A DNA stretch of 64,000 bases from Gemmatimonadales bacterium (GTDB taxonomy: Bacteria > Gemmatimonadota > Gemmatimonadetes > Gemmatimonadales > GWC2-71-9). Both the position numbers and the translations under genes were made by a program. The notes beneath the pieces are model-generated. The model was not told the origin of the DNA, ran no database searches, and saw only the letters and a program-made list of their open reading frames with translations. Positions within the stretch are counted from its first letter, which is position 1. The number at the start of each line of letters is the position of its first letter. Positions 37,455 to 46,649 of this stretch are shown here, piece after piece. Location: assembly GCA_035637455.1 (NCBI GenBank), contig DASPXE010000093.1:1909-65908 (forward strand), written 5' to 3'.

Positions 37455-39386
37455 GTGAGATACGTCCTGCTCCATACCCCGACGTGGCGGCCTGCGAGCG
37501 CCGCGCCCGCGCTCGAGGGGGCGCAAATCGACGTGCGCGAGGTTCGCCTGCTGCGCGACTTCGCGGTGGACGAGCGACCGACGGTGCTGGTGCTCGATGC
37601 CGAGAGCCGCTCCATCCTCCCGCTCGATGTGCTGCGCGCCTTCGTGGACGCGGGCGGCGCGATTGTGGCCCTGGGGCGCGACGGCGAGCCGGACGTCCCG
37701 ACGGAGATGCCGTCCGAGCTGCTCTCCGGGTTCGTCCGGCATCCGGCCGGCGTGCGCCAGCTCCTCGTCGCCGTGCGGGCGGGGTTTCGCGAGGCGGCGG
37801 CGCGGGCGGAGACGGCGCGGGCGCGGGCCGAAGCGGCGAGCCGCGGCCGCGAGATCGGCGAGCTGACGCGCATCGGCGTGGCCCTCGGCACCGAGCGCGA
37901 CCTCGACACCCTGCTCGACCTGATCCTCACCCAATCGCGGCGCATCACCTCGTCCGACGCGGGCAGCTTGTATCTGATCGAAGGCGAGCCGGGCGAAAAG
38001 CGGCTGCGGTTCCGCCTCGCGCAGACGTACTCGAAGCCCGAAGCGCCGTTCGTCGAGTTCACGATGCCGATGGACCGGACGAGCCTCGCGGGCTACGCCG
38101 CCGTGACGGGCGAGCCGCTCGTCATCGACGACGCGTATTTCCTGCCCCCGGACGTCGAGTACACGATCAACCGCTCGTTCGACGAGCGGTACGGCTACCG
38201 CACGAAGTCGATGCTCGTGATCCCGATGAAGGATCACAAGGAGCAAGTGATCGGCGTGCTGCAGCTCATCAACCGGAAGCGCAGCCTCGACGCCGTGCTG
38301 GCGACGCCGGCCGCCGTGGAGCAACAGGTGGTCCCGTTCTCGAAACGCACGGTCGAGCTCGTCACCGCGCTCGCGGGTCAAGCGGCGGTCGCGATCGAGA
38401 ACAGCCAGCTGTACCGCGAGATCGAGCGGCTGTTCGAGGGGTTCGTGCAGGCGGCCGTGCGCGCCATCGAGCAGCGGGATCCGACGACGTTCGGCCACTC
38501 GGGGCGGGTCGCGAACATGACGGTGAACCTGGCGGCGGTGGTGGACAAAGCCGGGGACGGGCCCTATAGCGGCCTCACCTTCACGCGCGAGCAGCTCCGC
38601 GAGATCCGCTACGCCGGCTTGCTGCACGATTTCGGCAAGGTCGGGGTGCGGGAGCAGGTCCTCGTCAAAGCCAAGAAGCTCTATCCTCTGCAGCTGGAGC
38701 TGATCCACCAGCGGCACGACTTCGTGCGGCGCAGCGCGGAGCGGGAGTACTGGCGCAAACGCGCGGAATTCCTCGAAACGCACGGGCGCCAGGGGTACGA
38801 GCAGTTCCTGCGCACCCTCGAAGCGGAGCACGCCGGGGAGCTCGCCGAGCTCGAGCGCTTCATGAAGGCGGTGCTCCGCGCCAACGAGCCGACGGTGCTC
38901 CCGGCCACGCGCTTCGAGGAGCTGCTCGACCTCGCGCGCCGCACGTACCAAGACCTCGCCGGGGCGCCGCGCCCATACCTCAGCGACGACGAAGTGCGCT
39001 TTCTGACGATTCCGAAGGGCAGCCTGGACGAGGCGGAACGGCTCGAGATCGAGAGCCACGTGAACCACACCTACAACTTCCTGAAGGAGATCCCCTGGAC
39101 GCGGGAGCTGCAGCACATCCCTCTCATCGCGTACGGGCATCACGAAAAGCTGGACGGCCGGGGCTACCCGCGTGGGGTGACGGGCGACGCCATCCCGATC
39201 CAGACGCGCATGATGACCATCAGCGACATCTACGACGCGCTGACGGCCGCGGATCGGCCCTACAAGCCAGCGGTGGCGCGCGCGCGGGCGCTCGACATCA
39301 TGGACGAAGAAGTCCGGGCGGGACAGCTCGACCGCGAGCTGTTCCGGCTGTTCGTCGACGCCAAGGTGTTCGAGACGAACGCTTAG
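37455..39386 (+). CDS. GAF-domain HD-GYP phosphohydrolase (putative c-di-GMP phosphodiesterase) with receiver-like N-terminus
   Basis: GAF pattern around GSLYLIE...VIPMKDHKEQVIGVLQLINR. HD-GYP: GLLHDFGKVGV, HHEKLDGRGYPRG, ISDIYDALTAADRPYK. Confidence 0.85.
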   Translation: MRYVLLHTPTWRPASAAPALEGAQIDVREVRLLRDFAVDERPTVLVLDAESRSILPLDVLRAFVDAGGAIVALGRDGEPDVPTEMPSELLSGFVRHPAGVRQLLVAVRAGFREAAARAETARARAEAASRGREIGELTRIGVALGTERDLDTLLDLILTQSRRITSSDAGSLYLIEGEPGEKRLRFRLAQTYSKPEAPFVEFTMPMDRTSLAGYAAVTGEPLVIDDAYFLPPDVEYTINRSFDERYGYRTKSMLVIPMKDHKEQVIGVLQLINRKRSLDAVLATPAAVEQQVVPFSKRTVELVTALAGQAAVAIENSQLYREIERLFEGFVQAAVRAIEQRDPTTFGHSGRVANMTVNLAAVVDKAGDGPYSGLTFTREQLREIRYAGLLHDFGKVGVREQVLVKAKKLYPLQLELIHQRHDFVRRSAEREYWRKRAEFLETHGRQGYEQFLRTLEAEHAGELAELERFMKAVLRANEPTVLPATRFEELLDLARRTYQDLAGAPRPYLSDDEVRFLTIPKGSLDEAERLEIESHVNHTYNFLKEIPWTRELQHIPLIAYGHHEKLDGRGYPRGVTGDAIPIQTRMMTISDIYDALTAADRPYKPAVARARALDIMDEEVRAGQLDRELFRLFVDAKVFETNA

Positions 39387-39739
39387 CTGAAGATGAAGCG
39401 CGCCGACACGAGCAGCAGGAACACCCCGAACGCGCGCCGCAGCGCCACGTCCCCCACCTGACCCGCCAGCTTGGCGCCCACGAACGCTCCCAGAAACAAT
39501 CCGACCGCGATGATCGCCGCGTACTGGATGTTGACCTGGCCCCGCTTGTAGTACTCGAGCGTGCCCAGGATCCCGACCGGGAGCAGCAGCGCCGCGAGCG
39601 AGGTACCGTTCGCCGTGTGCTGGGACAGCCCCACGACGAGGACCAGGCCCGGAATGATGACCACGGCGCCCCCGATGCCGAACAGCCCCGACACCACGCC
39701 GGCCGCGAGGCCGAGCAAACTGACCAGCACCCAGTTCAT
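39383..39739 (-). CDS. half-size TauE/SafE-family membrane protein
   Basis: MNWVLVSLLGLAAGVVSGLFGIGGAVVIIP is the TauE N-terminal signature. Only about 118 aa and 4 TM segments. Start at ATG 39739. Confidence 0.65.
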   Translation of the reverse strand: MNWVLVSLLGLAAGVVSGLFGIGGAVVIIPGLVLVVGLSQHTANGTSLAALLLPVGILGTLEYYKRGQVNIQYAAIIAVGLFLGAFVGAKLAGQVGDVALRRAFGVFLLLVSARFIFS

Positions 39740-39750
39740 CGCGCGTCTCC

Positions 39751-41310
39751 TTATTCGGGTGTGCCCCACCCGCCACCGCCGGGCGTCTCAATCCGCAGCA
39801 CGTCGCCCGGTTCGAGCAGGGTGCTCGCCTTGGGCGCGAGCGGCGTGCCGTTCAAGATAGTCCGCCCCGCGGCACCATGCCCACCGCCCGCCGCGCCCGC
39901 GGGGCAGTGACGGCGCCGCTCGGCGAGCACGCTCAGCTTCATCGGCGCCAGCGCTGCGAACTCGCGAATCACGCCCTCCCCACCTGCCCACCGTCCCACT
40001 CCGCCGCTCCCGCGCCGCAGGGCGTACGTCTTCAGCCGCAAGGGATACTCCATTTCCAGCACCTCGACCGGCGTGTTCCGCGTGTTCGACATCCCCACGT
40101 GCACCCCCGACGGACCGAGCGCTCCCTGGCTCGCTCCCTGTCCCCCACCGATCGTCTCGTAATAAGTCCAGCCACCCGTCGCCCCACCACTGCGTTGCCC
40201 GTTGCCCGGTGCTAGTTGCCCGCCGAACGTGACGTTGTTCATGGTGCCCTGGCCCTGGGCCGGCACCTCGATGCCGCCGCGCGCCAGGGCGAGGAACAGT
40301 GTGTCCACGATCCGCTGCGACGTTTCGACGTTGCCAGCGGCGACCGCGCTCGGATGACGCGCGTTCACGAGACATCCTTCCGGCGCCGTGACGCGGACGG
40401 CCCGCTGCACGCCGGCGTTCGTCGGAACGTCCTCCGGCAGGAGCGTGCGCACCACGAACAACGCGGCCGAGCGCGTGACCGCCAGCGGGCAATTGAGGTT
40501 CCCCCGCACGGCCGGTGCGGTGCCCGTGAAATCGGCGTGGAACGCACCCTCCCGGATATCGATCCGCACCGTGATGGGGACATCGGCGTCGTCCACGCCG
40601 TCTCCTTCGAGCCAGTCGCTGGCCGTGAGGCCGGCCGCGCCGATCCGCCCGAGCGCGTCGCGCGTGCGGCGTTCGGCGTAGTCCATGAGATCGCGGGCGG
40701 CGTCTTGCACGGCGGCCCACCCATAGCGGGTGGCGAGGGTGCGCAGACCGTCGGCGCCGCGCTCCACCGCGGCACGCTGCGCCGCGAGGTCGCCGCGGCG
40801 CGTCTCCGGCGAGCGCACGTTCGCCAGCAGCACCCGCTCCACCTCCGGCGTGAACAGCAGCGGCGGCAGGATCATGCCCTCGGCGAAGATCTCCCGCGCC
40901 CCGGCCGGCATGCTCCCCGCCTGCATCCCCCCCACATCCGAATGGTGCGCCCGCACGACGCTGTACCCGCCCACGGCGCCGGCGATGTCGATCGCGCCGA
41001 TCAGCGTGATGTCGGGGAGGTGCGACCCGCCGGTGAAGGGATCATTCAGGATGAAGGTCTCGCCGGGCCGGGGGGCAGGCTCGAGCGCCCGCACCGCAGT
41101 GACCGACTCGGCCAGAGCGCCGAGATGGACTGGAATATGGGCCGCCTGCGCGATCATCGCGCCGTCCGCCTCGAACAGCGCCGCCGAGCAATCGCGGCGC
41201 TCCCGGATGTTCGGTGACAGCGCGGAATGGATCAGGACGAGCCCCATCTCCTCGGCGACCGCCGCGAAGGCGTGCCCCATCACCTCGAGCGCGACCGCGT
41301 CGAGCGTCAT
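39751..41310 (-). CDS. hydantoinase B / oxoprolinase family protein
   Basis: Length and blocks typical of HyuB (DPFTGGSHLPD, GGGGWGTP at the C-terminus). ATG 41310 overlaps the hyuA stop (ATGA). Confidence 0.85.
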   Translation of the reverse strand: MTLDAVALEVMGHAFAAVAEEMGLVLIHSALSPNIRERRDCSAALFEADGAMIAQAAHIPVHLGALAESVTAVRALEPAPRPGETFILNDPFTGGSHLPDITLIGAIDIAGAVGGYSVVRAHHSDVGGMQAGSMPAGAREIFAEGMILPPLLFTPEVERVLLANVRSPETRRGDLAAQRAAVERGADGLRTLATRYGWAAVQDAARDLMDYAERRTRDALGRIGAAGLTASDWLEGDGVDDADVPITVRIDIREGAFHADFTGTAPAVRGNLNCPLAVTRSAALFVVRTLLPEDVPTNAGVQRAVRVTAPEGCLVNARHPSAVAAGNVETSQRIVDTLFLALARGGIEVPAQGQGTMNNVTFGGQLAPGNGQRSGGATGGWTYYETIGGGQGASQGALGPSGVHVGMSNTRNTPVEVLEMEYPLRLKTYALRRGSGGVGRWAGGEGVIREFAALAPMKLSVLAERRRHCPAGAAGGGHGAAGRTILNGTPLAPKASTLLEPGDVLRIETPGGGGWGTPE

Positions 41311-43310
41311 ACCCGCTCCACCACCACGGCTCCGGACGCGTGGACCGCGCCCCGCCACCCCGGTTCGATGAGCGCGGTGGCGTCGCGGCCGGCGAGAATC
41401 GCCGGGCCGTCCAGCGTGACCCCGACCGCGAGGTCATCGAGGGCCCACAGGGACGCCGTCACCCGCTTGCCTCCCCTTCCCCTCCCCCTTCCCAACGCCA
41501 CGGGGCGCTCGCCGCGGCACTCCCTGGTTGCGCCCCCCCTTTCCCCAAAGCGCGGCAGTGGCGCTTCGCGAACCGCCACCACGCGCAGGTTGACCAGTTC
41601 GACCGGCTGGCCGCTCCCGGAATGGCCGAACCGCTCCCGGTGCGCGGCCAGGAACGCATCCCGGATCTGTCGTGGATTGTTCGTGGTCACGGGGATCGTC
41701 ACCTCGTAGCCTTGCCCGACAAAGCGGCAGTCGGCATACCTCCACAGGGCTCCGCCGGGCAGCTGCTCGCTCGCTTCGCGCAGCAGCGCGCTGAACGCGC
41801 GCCCGATGTCGGTCGGCTGGAGACGGTCGAGCTCGCGGTGATGGGACGCGAGCAGGTCCACGCGCTCCCCGGCCGCGGCGAGGCCCAGGGCGGAGAGCAC
41901 GCCCGGATGAGGTGGAATGACGACCGTCCGCATGCCCAGCGCGTCGGCGAGGGCGCAGCCAAACAGAGGACCGGCGCCGCCGAACGGCACGAGCGCCACG
42001 CGCCGCGGGTCGAGGCCGCGCGCCACGCTCACGCGTCGCAACGCTCGAGCCATCACGGCTGTCGCGACCGCGACGATCCCGGCAGCGATCGCGGCAGGAT
42101 CGCTGCCGGCGGTCTCGCCGAGCGCCGCCACAGCGCGCCGCGCCGCAGCGGGGTCGAGCCGCACTTCGTCCGCCAGAGGGCTGGCGGCGTCGAGCCAGCC
42201 CAGGACGAGGCAGGCGTCGGTGACCGTGGGGCGCGTGCCGCCGCGGCCGTAGCACGCGGGTCCGGGGACCGCGCCGGCCGAGTCGGGCCCCACCTTGAGC
42301 GCGCCGCCTTGATCGACCCGGGCGATGCTCCCACCGCCCGCGCTGACCGTCTCGATCAGGATCGAGGGGAGCGCCAGCGGCACCCCCGCGACTGCGCCGG
42401 CTCCGTCCTGTACGGCCGCGCCGCCGGTCACGAGACTCGCGTCGGCGCTGGTGCCGCCCATGTCGAGGGTGAGGAGCTCCGACAACCCGACTACCGCCCC
42501 GACGAGCCGCGCCCCCACCACACCGCCCGCTGGTCCCGACAGCGCGAGGGTAGCGGCGCGACAGGCCGCCGGCGCCGGTGCGAGCGTGCCACCGGCAGAC
42601 GTCATGATGCGGAGCGTCCCGACGCCGCGCGAGCGCGCATCCTGGTCGAGCCGTGCCAGGTACGCGGAGACTTTCGGCCGCAGGTACGCCTCGACGGTCG
42701 TGGTGCTGATGCGCTCGAACTCGCGGAAGACAGGAAGCACTTCGTGGCTGGCCGCGACCGGGACGCCCGCGAGCGCGCTCCGCAGCGCCGTCGCGACGCG
42801 CCGCTCGTGCTCCGGGTGTCGGAACGCGAACAGGAAGGCGACCGCCACTGACTCGGGGGCAAGCGCGCGAGCCGCGGCGACGACCCGGTCGATCTCCGCA
42901 TCGGTGAGCGGCTCCTGAGCACCCGCCGGCCCCATGCGCTCGGCCACGCCGATCACGTCGCCACGGGCGACAAGCGGGGGCGCGTGGTCGCGCGCCAGGT
43001 CATACAGCGCCGCGCGGTCCTGTCGCCGGAGCCACAGCAGGTCCTCGAAGCCGCGCGTCGTCACGAGCACCACCCTCGCGCCGCGCCGCTCGAGCAGCGC
43101 GTTGGTGGCGATCGTGGTGCCGTGCACCAGCAGCTCAATCGGCTTTCCCTTTCCCCCTTCTCCCTTCCCCGCGGTCTCAATCGCCCGAAACATACCAACC
43201 GAGGGATCCTGCGGCGTCGTGACCACTTTGCGCACGTCGATCTCCCCGTCTTCGGCGACTACGACGAGGTCGGTGAACGTACCGCCGATGTCGACCCCCA
43301 CCCGTGTCAC
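41307..43310 (-). CDS. hydantoinase A / oxoprolinase family protein
   Basis: VGVDIGGTFTDLVV...VHGTTIATNALLERRGA...TTRGFEDLL N-terminal pattern and LDMGGTSAD. Start is GTG 43310 or TTG 43322. The latter abuts the repeat element. Confidence 0.85.
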   Translation of the reverse strand: MTRVGVDIGGTFTDLVVVAEDGEIDVRKVVTTPQDPSVGMFRAIETAGKGEGGKGKPIELLVHGTTIATNALLERRGARVVLVTTRGFEDLLWLRRQDRAALYDLARDHAPPLVARGDVIGVAERMGPAGAQEPLTDAEIDRVVAAARALAPESVAVAFLFAFRHPEHERRVATALRSALAGVPVAASHEVLPVFREFERISTTTVEAYLRPKVSAYLARLDQDARSRGVGTLRIMTSAGGTLAPAPAACRAATLALSGPAGGVVGARLVGAVVGLSELLTLDMGGTSADASLVTGGAAVQDGAGAVAGVPLALPSILIETVSAGGGSIARVDQGGALKVGPDSAGAVPGPACYGRGGTRPTVTDACLVLGWLDAASPLADEVRLDPAAARRAVAALGETAGSDPAAIAAGIVAVATAVMARALRRVSVARGLDPRRVALVPFGGAGPLFGCALADALGMRTVVIPPHPGVLSALGLAAAGERVDLLASHHRELDRLQPTDIGRAFSALLREASEQLPGGALWRYADCRFVGQGYEVTIPVTTNNPRQIRDAFLAAHRERFGHSGSGQPVELVNLRVVAVREAPLPRFGERGGATRECRGERPVALGRGRGRGGKRVTASLWALDDLAVGVTLDGPAILAGRDATALIEPGWRGAVHASGAVVVERV

Positions 43311-43323
43311 TGCCCCTCCCAAT

Positions 43324-43419
43324 TGCGGATTGCGGATTGCGGATTGCGGATTGTGAGGGTCGGCTCCGTGACGAGCGACCTCTCACTGCAAATCCGCAAT
43401 CCGCAATCCGCAATCCGCA
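43324..43419. repeat. heptamer-array palindromic element, copy 2: (TGCGGAT)x4 - 40 nt - (ATCCGCA)x4
   Basis: 43324-43351 and 43392-43419 are exact 4-unit arrays. AAT/ATT flanks extend the stem to 31 bp. The spacer forms its own nested hairpin (GTGAG/GGTCG with CGACC/CTCAC). Confidence 0.95.
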
Positions 43420-43422
43420 ATT

Positions 43423-44964
43423 TCACGCCCCGCGCCTCGACCTCCAGCTGTCAACCACCAGTGCGCCGGCGAACCCCAAGGTGGCCATCACCGCCAGCGT
43501 CCCCACCCAGTCCCCCAGCCGCACGTACCAGGTCATCACATCGCTCGTGACTAGCGTGCTCGCGTCGGCCGTTCGGACCTCGAGGGGGGTCGCCGCGTGC
43601 ACGTGGCCCAGCGGGTCCACGGTCGCCGAAATGCCCGAGTTCGCCGCGCGCGCGATCCCCATCCGCGTTTCGATGGCCCGCATCACCAAGTGGGTCAAGT
43701 GCTGGTAGGGGCCGGCCGTGCGGCCGTACCAGGCGTCGTTCGTGATATTGACGAGGAAGTCCGCCCGCCGGCGGCGGTAGTCACGCGCCAAGTCGGCAAA
43801 GATCGATTCGTAACAGATCAGCACGCCGAACCGGCCCACCGCGGTGGGGTAGAGGGGCAGCCCGCGCCCCTTACCGAAGCCCCCGAACCAGTGCAGATGG
43901 AACCAGCGCGGCGGGACGAAGGGTACCCGCTCGACGATGGGCACCAGGTAATGCTTGTGGTAGACCGGATAGGCCGTCCGGTCACCCGTCGCATCGTAAA
44001 AGAACGCTGCGTTGTAGTAGTCGTCCAGGGAGGTGGCATCGAGGCCACCGGTGAGGAGTGGCGTGCGCGTCTCGCGCCCGCGCTGCGCGAGCATGGCATC
44101 CCAATCAGGGCGGGTCACGAAGTAGTTGGGCACCGCGGCCTCGGGCCAGAGCAGCAGGTCGAGCCGGGTGCTGTCCTCCAGCCGTCGCGAAAGGGCGAAG
44201 AGATCGGCCATGATGGTGTCCTGGTAGGTCTTGTTCCACTTCTCCCGGAACCCTACGTTCGGCTGCACCAGCCCCACGACGGCTGCGGTGCGCAGCGGCA
44301 GTGTGCGCTCGCGCCAAGCCCCGTAGCCCCCCGCGAGGGCGATGCTCAAAAGCACCGCCGCGGCAGACTGCCACCGCATCGTACGTCTCCCTTCTCCCTT
44401 CTCCTCCGGCAGCAGCACCTCGACGAGCATCACGTTGCACCAGGCCAGCCACAGCGTCGCACCGCGCGCGCCCGCGAGGTCGGCCCACTGCACCAGGATC
44501 GGCGCATCCGCGAGGGACGTCCCGAGACCGAGCCACGGGAAGCGGATGTCGCCCTGGTGGCCGATGCCCCAATCCATGGCCGTCCATACGACGGGGAAGA
44601 GCGCCCAGAGCGGGACGGCGGGGAAGCAGGTCCGGGTCCGGACGACGAGCCAAAACAGCCCCGCCGTCCACAGTCCGTAGACCGCGATCGTGGCGAGATA
44701 CCCGAGGGCCGAGAGGGGCGTGAAGTGCCACAGGGCGACGACCAGCCAGTAGAGCACCACCGCCTGTGACACGAGGCCGTACCAGAAGCCGAGGCGCAGC
44801 GCCCGGCGGAGGTCCGCCGCGCGCTCGAGCTCCCGCAGCAGCACCACTGCGGGCGTGACGGCGACGAAGCTCAGGGCGGGGATCTGGAACGGGGGATAGC
44901 TCAGCGCGAGCAGGACCGCGCCGAGCGCGATCAGGACGGCCGTCCGCCGGGACGGCCCGGTCAC
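43423..44964 (-). CDS. lnt: apolipoprotein N-acyltransferase
   Basis: N-terminal multi-TM region, then a CN-hydrolase domain with LLLWPEAAVP and VLICYESIF (catalytic Cys). GTG 44964 overlaps the upstream stop (GTGA). It is internal to ORF 43423..45507. Confidence 0.85.
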   Translation of the reverse strand: MTGPSRRTAVLIALGAVLLALSYPPFQIPALSFVAVTPAVVLLRELERAADLRRALRLGFWYGLVSQAVVLYWLVVALWHFTPLSALGYLATIAVYGLWTAGLFWLVVRTRTCFPAVPLWALFPVVWTAMDWGIGHQGDIRFPWLGLGTSLADAPILVQWADLAGARGATLWLAWCNVMLVEVLLPEEKGEGRRTMRWQSAAAVLLSIALAGGYGAWRERTLPLRTAAVVGLVQPNVGFREKWNKTYQDTIMADLFALSRRLEDSTRLDLLLWPEAAVPNYFVTRPDWDAMLAQRGRETRTPLLTGGLDATSLDDYYNAAFFYDATGDRTAYPVYHKHYLVPIVERVPFVPPRWFHLHWFGGFGKGRGLPLYPTAVGRFGVLICYESIFADLARDYRRRRADFLVNITNDAWYGRTAGPYQHLTHLVMRAIETRMGIARAANSGISATVDPLGHVHAATPLEVRTADASTLVTSDVMTWYVRLGDWVGTLAVMATLGFAGALVVDSWRSRRGA

Positions 44965-45968
44965 AGCAACACGTCGCGCCCTTCGTCGGCCGAGCGGTAG
45001 ACCGCGTCGAGCACCCGGTGGAGGGCCAACTGGTCGCGGGGCGGGGGCGCGTTGACGTCGCCCTTGATGACGGCGAGGAAGTATGTCCACTCGGCGCGGT
45101 AGGACTGGGCGAACGGCGTCTCGCGTCCGCTCGCGCCCGTGGGTGTGGCGTCGATGACGGTCCCGTGTGCGTCCTTGAAGACCCGCAGCGGCTGGACGGT
45201 GGCTGAGCCCTTGGTCCCGACGAGATCGAACCAGAACCGTTCGGCGGCGCCCAGGTGACGCCAGCTCACGTCCATCGAGATCGACACGCCGTTGTCGCAC
45301 ACCACGAGCGCGGTCGCCATGTCCTCCACGCTGTCCTTCGCCTGGCCCACCATGTGCGCGGCGACGCGCTTCGGGGCCGGCCAGCCCGCGAGCCAGAGGC
45401 CGAGGTCCAAGAGCTGCAGCCCGAGGTCGAGGAACGCGCCGCCGCCCGCCTCCGGGCGTCGCAGCCGCCAGCCGAGCAGCTGGCGGCTGGGCTGAAACGT
45501 GTACCACCCGCTCCGGATCGCCTGCAGCACGCCCAGGTCACCGCCCGCGAGGAATCCGCGCACCGCCTGGACGTCCGAGCGGAAGCGGTGGTTCATTCCC
45601 ACCATCACGCGCTTGCCGTACTTCTCGCTTGCCTGGAGCACGCGCTCGACACCTGCCACGGTGAGCGCCAGCGGCCGCTCGCACAGCACGTGGCACCCCG
45701 CGGCCAGCGCGGCGACGACGTGGATCTCGTGCAGGTGATTAGGGGTGCAGATCGCGATCGCGTCCGCGTGGCCGTAACGGAGCACCTCCTCGATGTCATC
45801 GAAGGCGTCCCTGACCTCGAACCGCGCGGCGAGGGCCTGAGCCTTGCTGACATCGTTGTCGCAGATCGCCGCGACCTCGACGCCCGGCAGCTTGCGCAGC
45901 ACGGGGAGGTGCGCCACCTGCGCGATCGCCCCCGCCCCTACCACCGCCACCCGGACGGGCGTGCTCAC
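44961..45968 (-). CDS. Gfo/Idh/MocA family oxidoreductase
   Basis: VRVAVVGAGAIAQVAHLPVL Rossmann motif, the ICTPNHLH..CEKP-like (LCERPLA) pattern and a C-terminal alpha/beta domain. Confidence 0.85.
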   Translation of the reverse strand: MSTPVRVAVVGAGAIAQVAHLPVLRKLPGVEVAAICDNDVSKAQALAARFEVRDAFDDIEEVLRYGHADAIAICTPNHLHEIHVVAALAAGCHVLCERPLALTVAGVERVLQASEKYGKRVMVGMNHRFRSDVQAVRGFLAGGDLGVLQAIRSGWYTFQPSRQLLGWRLRRPEAGGGAFLDLGLQLLDLGLWLAGWPAPKRVAAHMVGQAKDSVEDMATALVVCDNGVSISMDVSWRHLGAAERFWFDLVGTKGSATVQPLRVFKDAHGTVIDATPTGASGRETPFAQSYRAEWTYFLAVIKGDVNAPPPRDQLALHRVLDAVYRSADEGRDVLL

Positions 45969-46633
45969 CGGCTGGTCGCTCTCCGGCCGCCGACCCCCGC
46001 CCAGCGATACATCACCCCGGTGCGCAGACTCACCGTCGAGAGCCCGCTCGACAGCACGCCGCGCGCGTCCACGGTGACACGCCAGTGCTTCGCGCCGATC
46101 TCCGCCCCGATCGTGCCGTTCCCGCCGGCAGTGATCTGGTCCAGCGCGTCCTCTACGAACGTGCCGTCGATCGCTTTGCCGCTGCCGTTGCGGAGGTGAA
46201 TGCCGACCCCGAGCCCCAGATACAGCGTCACGGCACGGCCCTGCGGCATGACGTACTGGAGGTCAAGGTCGCCCGTCAGGTCGCTCCAGCTGATATCGCC
46301 CAGCTGGATGGTGTAGTTCGAGTCCGGATCGTTCACGACGCGACGCAGTCCGTCCGCGTAGCGCCGCAGGGCTTCCGAGCTCAGGTCGGCGTGGAAGTAG
46401 GAGAGACCGAGCAGCACGCGGACCTTGGGGGCGATGAAGCCGTAGTCGAGCCGCACGCCGCCGGTGAACGTGCCCCGGATGTTGTTGCCGCCGAGCGGGC
46501 CGAGATCGAACTGCACGGCGCTGGGTCTCAAATTCTCGGAAGAGAACTGGTTGAACACGCCCTGGGCAGACAGACGGTCGGACGGATGGATGGATACCAG
46601 CCCGACGAGCACCAGCATTCGCCCGATGGCCAT
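45965..46633 (-). CDS. small outer-membrane beta-barrel protein (OmpW/OprF-like class)
   Basis: Signal MAIGRMLVLVGLV...SAQ. Alternating hydrophobic beta-strand pattern. The C-terminal region VSLRTGVMYRW resembles a terminal strand. Start is ATG 46633, or alternatively 46666. Confidence 0.5.
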   Translation of the reverse strand: MAIGRMLVLVGLVSIHPSDRLSAQGVFNQFSSENLRPSAVQFDLGPLGGNNIRGTFTGGVRLDYGFIAPKVRVLLGLSYFHADLSSEALRRYADGLRRVVNDPDSNYTIQLGDISWSDLTGDLDLQYVMPQGRAVTLYLGLGVGIHLRNGSGKAIDGTFVEDALDQITAGGNGTIGAEIGAKHWRVTVDARGVLSSGLSTVSLRTGVMYRWAGVGGRRATSR

Positions 46634-46649
46634 CCTCCGGGCCACCGCC

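Noticed and set aside
37302-39791. 829-aa ORF on the minus strand
   Set aside because: It is fully antisense to the well-supported GAF/HD-GYP gene and runs across the TauE-like gene in another frame. Its composition is Arg/Ala/Gly/Pro-rich with no motifs, which is a typical high-GC shadow ORF.
41214-42851. 545-aa plus-strand ORF
   Set aside because: It is antisense to hyuA, with an Arg/Gly/Pro-rich shadow-frame composition.
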